From Scenedesmus sp. PABB004 (Eukaryota): a stretch of 64,000 nt of DNA. How positions within the stretch are numbered: the stretch's first letter is position 1; each line of letters starts with the position of its first letter. This document shows, one piece after another, positions 59,301 through 64,000 of the stretch. Below the pieces are notes generated by a model. It made no database searches. It was given only the letters and a program-made list of their open reading frames with translations, and was not told the origin of the DNA. The stretch spans positions 3,968,001-4,032,000 of the forward strand of contig CM026547.1 in assembly GCA_014905635.1 (NCBI GenBank), written 5' to 3'. The translations under genes and the position numbers were made by a program.

Positions 59301-61772
59301 GCGCGGCGTCCGCGCACCCGCGACAAACTTGTCCCGGTCGACGCCCGGCAGCTCCGACGCGCGGCCGGGGGCGTCGTAGTAGTCTTTGTCGAAAAAGTAG
59401 CTCACCGCGACCACCAGCTCCTCGCCGCCGTCGCCGTCGATGTCGGCGACCACGGGCGTGCAGAGGATGTGCGGGTCGACATACACAAACTCGCCCGCCG
59501 CGCGCGCGCCCGCCTGGGAGGGACGGGCGCGGGCGCGCGCGCGCGGGGCGCGGAGGCGCGGGCGCGGCGGCGGCGTGTGACTGGGCGCGGGCGCGCGGCG
59601 GCACGTGTGGCGGCGCGGCGGGCGCGCGCGGGGCGCACCTGCGCGAAGTCCTCGTCCTCCCACATGTTTTGCCAGCCGTCGCCGCCGCCGGCGGCGCCAG
59701 CGCCGGCGTCGCCCGGCGCCGCCTGCCCCGCCGCCGCGTCGCCAGGCTGGCCCTGCCCTGGCCCGGGCTTGCCCTCGCCCTGCTGTGGCCAGCGGTCGCC
59801 AAACTCGTCGTACTGCTCGCCGCCCTGCTGCTCGCCGCCGTCCACGGGGTAGGGATAGGGGAAGTCCGGCTCCGAGCCGTCAGCCAGGCCCGCCTGACGC
59901 GCGGCCGCCAGCTCAGCCGCGTCCTCGGGCTCGGCCGCGCCGCCGCCGCCCGCGGCGGCGGCCGCGGCCGCGGCCGCCGCCGCCTCGCGCGCGGCGTCGC
60001 CGCGGCCGTCCTCGAAGATCTGGAAACTCTCCAGCGCCTCCTGGCTCAGCGGTGCGTGCGCGGGGTCGGCCTCGACGCCGGCGCCGCCGCCGTCCGCGAG
60101 CAGGCGCCGCCGCGCCGCCGCGCCGCCGCCGCCGCCGGCCGCCTCGCCGCCGCCGAAGCTGCCCACGAGGCGCTCCATCTCCCGCTCCTTGGCGAGCAGC
60201 GCGCTCACGGCGTCGTACATGGGCCGGTTGGTGCCCCGCACCTTGGCCAGCATGTCGTCCGCGGCGTGCTGCGGCGCGGCGCGCGCGGGCGGCGCGCGGG
60301 GCGGTGGCGCGCGTCGCTGACGCGCGGCGAGCGGCGGCGCGCCGCGCCGGCGGCGGCGGGGCAGCGCACGGGGGCAGCGCGCGCGGCGGTGGCGGCGGCG
60401 GCGGCGCAGCCCCAAGGCGCGCCGTCGCACCTGGCCAAAGTCTTTGGCGTACTCCTTGAGCTGCTCCCGGAACTTCAGCACCGCCGCCTTGTCCGCCTCG
60501 GCCAGCGGCGCCGGCGGCGCGGCCGCCGGCTGCTGCACGACCTGCGCCGCCGGCTGCGCCGCCGGCTGCTGTGCAGGCTGCGCGGCCGGCTGCTGCGCGT
60601 GCGCCGCTGCCTGCTGCCCCGGCTGCGGCGGCGCGGGCCGCGTCGTCGGCGCCGCGGCCTGCTGCGGCGCCGCCTGCGCGGGCGCCGCCGGCGGCGGCGG
60701 CGGCCGGCCGCCGTGCAGCTGCGCCGCCGCCTTGCCGCCGTGCACCGCCTTCTCATACGGGTTGTCCGCGCCCATGCCCTTGCCCACGTCCGGGTGCGAG
60801 TGGTCCACCTCCGGGTTGAGGCCCACGTGCCAGTTCCGGCGCACGCGCAGGCGCGGCACCTGCAGCTTGTGCGGCAGCATCTCGCCCTGCGCCGCCCGCG
60901 GCGGGGGCAGGGCCGGGGCGGGGCGGGCGAGGCGGGGCGTCAGGCGCGCGCCTGCGGCCTGCCGCGCGGGCCGTCGGCGCCGGGGCGCGCTGCCGCCTGG
61001 GCGCCGCCGCCGCTGCACTGCGCTGCCGCTGCCGCCGCGGCCGCCGCCGCCCAGCCGCCGCCGCTGGCGCCGCGGGCGTCTGCCCCTCCCCCTCCTGCGA
61101 GCGCGGCGCGCACGTTGTCCCTGAAGAAGACCACCTCGCCGTCGTACGTCGCGACGAGCACGTCGCGCACGCCGTCCGAGTCGATGTCGTACAGCAGCGG
61201 GCTCGCGTGCACCGTGGACTTGTGGAACCCGGGCCAGCCGAGCGCCTTGGCGCCGTCGGGGCCCTCGAGCACGTCGGTGTAGTGCACAAAGCCGGGGACG
61301 ATGACGTCCTTGCGCCCGTCGGCGTATAGGTCGGTGATGAGCGGCGTCGCGTAGACGCTGCTCGCCGTCTCGGTCATCCAGCGCAGCTCGACGTCGAGCG
61401 GGCACGACGCGCCCGGCGGGAGGTCGTCGAAGCTGCGGAGGCGCAGCGGGGCGCGGCGCGGGCGGGCGGCCCGGCGCGGCGGTCGGGCGCGGCGGCGCGG
61501 CGCACGGCGCCGCTGCTGCCGGTGCTGCTGCAGGCGCTCGCGCGCTGCGGCGCCTGCCGCGCGCGCTGATCGGTCGCTCACGCGTGCTCATCGCCCTCCT
61601 TGTCGTTGTGGGCCTTGCGGGACAGGAACTTGTTGCCCGCCTGGGCCCAGTGGGAGTCGTGCGCGACCGGCTTGCTCAACGACTGGCAGTTGGCGGCCTC
61701 GCCCGCGAGCAGCACGGCCAGGAACCACCAGGCCGCCCGCCGGGCGGAACGGGCCCCGGGTAACCGAGCCAT
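56399..61772 (-). CDS. DEX1: DEFECTIVE IN EXINE FORMATION 1-like FG-GAP repeat membrane protein (12 exons)
   Basis: Signal peptide; [13 protein letters not shown]-like [95 protein letters not shown]-terminal [12 protein letters not shown] plus a transmembrane segment. Confidence 0.95.
58354..58484. repeat. (GCCGCCC)~18 heptamer tandem repeat in a DEX1 intron
   Basis: Near-perfect 7-mer array with one variant unit (accgccc). Confidence 0.9.
59011..59077. repeat. Degenerate (CACAG/CGCAG) repeat in the long DEX1 intron
   Basis: cacacagcacagcgcacacagcacagcgcacgcagcacagcgcagcgcacagcacagcac. Confidence 0.7.
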
Positions 61773-62136
61773 GGCGCTAGGCCGCCCTGGACATCGCCGC
61801 CGCGCCGGCGGCGGGGCGCGGCGTGATGGCGCCAACCGCTGCTGCTGCGCCGCGGCGCGATCGGCGGGGACGAGGCTGATCGCCAGCCTGGCTGCTCCGC
61901 ACGGCACCTCTGTGCCAGCGGAGCGGGGGGCAGCGCGCGAGCGCACGGCAGCGGCCGCAAACGCCGAAGAAGCACGAGGTCTCAGCGCGGCGCGGCGGCG
62001 GCGAGGTTTGCGCTGCCGTGCGCGGCTGCGCGACACCACCACCCCGCTCCAGCACACCGCCGCAGGGCTGCGCCGACCGCTGCCGCCCGCCGACCCGCCG
62101 CTGCCGCGAGCGCGCTGCTGCCGGCGGCCGCCGCCC

Positions 62137-64000
62137 ATGCTGGCGCGCCTGGGCCCCGCCCCGCTGCGCTCCCTGCGCTCCCTGCGCTCCCTTCGTGCTC
62201 TGCGAGTCCAGCGCGCCGCGCCCTGCCGCGCGGCGGCCGCGGGGCCGCCGCCGCGCAGCGCTGGCGCGCCGCGCCCAGCCTGGCAGCAGTCGCTACCGCA
62301 GCAGCCGCAGCCGCAGCACTGCCAGCACCGCCGTGCCGCCGCGCCTCGGCTGAGCTTCCACTCCTGCGCGCCGTCGCGCTTCGCGGCCCGGGGAGCGGCG
62401 GCGGCCGGCGAGAGCGGGAGCGGCGGCGACGCGCTCAGCGTCACCGCGGTGAAGCGCCAGGTGCGGCCCGCGCAGCGGGTGCGGTGCCGCTGCGGCGCGC
62501 GGCGCCTGGGCCCACCGCGGCGCGCGCCCGCCGCCGCAGTACGACGCCGCAGCGGCCCGCCTGGGCGCGGCGCTCGGCCTCGCCGACGTGCCGGCCACGC
62601 GCGCGCGCCTCGCGAGCCTGCAGCACGACGCCGGCGCGCCGGACGTGTGGGACGACCCCGCGCGCGCGCAGGCGCTGGTCACTGAGATCAGCGGGCTCAA
62701 GGACGAGCTCGCAGAGATTGAGCGGTGAGCTGAGCTGCGCGCCGCCGGGGCGACCCGAGCGGAGCCGCGCCGGGCCGCGCCGCGCTGCGCCGGGCCGCGC
62801 CGAGCCCAGCGGCGAGCCCCCGTCCGGGCGCCGCCGCGGCCACCGCCGCGCAGGTTCAACGGGCTGCTGGAGGATGCAGCCTTTGCGCTCGAGCTGGCAG
62901 AGCTGGAGGCCGGCGGCGGCGACCCGGCCGGGGCGGAGGACGGCGAGCTGGGCTCCCTGCTCGCGCAGGCGCGCGCGCCCCTGACGCAGCTCGCCGCGTC
63001 GCTGGAGCAGTGGGAGATGCGCGTGCTGCTGTCGGGGCCGTACGACCAGTCCGGCGCGCTGCTGACCATCACCGCCGGCGCAGGCGCGCACGGCGCCCGC
63101 TGCTGCTCTCCCGCGCCGCGCCGCCGCGGCTCCACGCCGCGCCGCGCCGCGCTGCCGTGCCGACCGCGCGCCGGCCGCGCGCGCCGCAGGCGGCGTCGAC
63201 GCGATGGACTGGGCGGAGATGCTGGAGCGCATGTACGTGCGCTGGGCGGCGGCGCGCGGCTACGGCTGCGCCGTGGCGGACCGCAACCCCGGGGAGGAGG
63301 CGGGCATCAAGGGCGTGGAGCTCACCATCACGGGGCGCTGGGCGTACGGCTACCTCCGCGGTGCGCGCCCGCGCCCGCCGCCGCAGCGTCCGCCGCCGCA
63401 GCGTCCGCCGCCGCTGCCGCGCGGGCGGGGGCGGCGTGTGGACCCGTCGGCGGGCGCGGGGCGAGCTAGCAGCGCGTCCGCGCGCGCAGGCGAGAAGGGC
63501 ACGCACCGCCTCGTGCGCTCGTCGCCGTTCAACGCCAAGGGCCTGCGGCAGACGAGCTTTGCGGGCGTGGAGGTGCTGCCGCTGCTGCCCGAGGGCCCCG
63601 CGGCGCTGGCCATCCCCGACCGCGACCTGGAGGTCAGCTTCATGCGCGCGGGCGGCAAGGGCGGGCAGAACGTGAACAAGGTCGAGACGGGTGAGCTCGA
63701 GGGCGCGGGGGGCGGGAGCAGCAGGGAGTGGCGGGAGTAGAGGGAGGCGAGCGGCGACAGTGGCGGGCGGGGCGCGGCGGCGCGCGCCGCGCGACGCTCG
63801 CCTGCGCCCGCCGCCGCCGCAGGCGTGCGCCTGCTGCACCTGCCGACGGGGCTCGCGGTCAAGTGCACCGAGCAGCGCACGCAGACGGCGAACCGCGCGA
63901 TCGCGCTGCAGCGCCTGACCGCGAAGCTGCTGGTCGTGATGCAGGAGCAGAGCGCCGCCGCGCTCGCCGACATCCGCGGCGACGCGGTCAAGGCGGAGTG
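62137..64000 (+). CDS. prfB: Peptide chain release factor 2, organellar (likely plastid); 3'-truncated by window edge
   Basis: Transit peptide; LLSGPYDQSGALLTITAGAG|GVDAMDWAEMLERMY, AYGYLRG|EKGTHRLVRSSPFNAKGLRQTSFAGVEV (SPF codon-recognition motif), RAGGKGGQNVNKVET (GGQ motif). Confidence 0.95.

Noticed and set aside
56399..61772. DEX1 as evidence for a sporopollenin-like wall pathway
   Set aside because: DEX1 homologues are not restricted to sporopollenin-producing organisms, and no neighbouring wall-polymer genes support a pathway.
62400..62730. Bacterial-type prfB +1 programmed frameshift
   Set aside because: There is no CTT-TGA slippery site, and the frame changes are accounted for by spliceosomal introns.
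581..63991. Hundreds of long Arg/Ala/Pro/Gly-rich ORFs on both strands (e.g. 39809-43453 minus, 17866-19959 minus)
   Set aside because: These are shadow frames caused by stop-codon scarcity at very high GC. They overlap recognisable spliced genes and contain no motifs.

Overview
Very GC-rich, gene-dense and intron-rich eukaryotic nuclear DNA from a green alga. Evidence for a chlorophyte: nuclear psaD, TGTAA poly(A) signals and GTGCG/GTGAG splice donors. A Sphaeropleales-like origin is a guess and the species cannot be identified from this window. I resolved 15 spliced genes by hand: kinesin-13 (3' end), MIA40, psaD, a SMARCAD1/Fun30-type SNF2 ATPase, CEP164-like, an ankyrin-RING E3 ligase, RPL13a, UDP-glucose dehydrogenase, a TBC Rab-GAP, TypA/BipA, a giant OSCA/TMEM63 channel, an AAAP amino-acid transporter, a divergent chromomethylase-like C5 DNA methyltransferase, DEX1 and organellar release factor 2 (5' part). 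There is also one ATG-less orphan coding-like segment. Most long Arg/Ala/Pro ORFs in the supplied track are GC shadow frames. Most notable observations: (1) psaD sits alone between two ~820-bp near-identical inverted repeats. (2) About 15 of roughly 125 introns use GC donors, always after an exonic AG. (3) The chromomethylase-like gene has an EQV motif VI, a remodelled target-recognition loop and a decayed chromodomain. (4) Four same-direction one-base frameshifts fall in G runs. Exon boundaries and counts were read by eye and are unverified.
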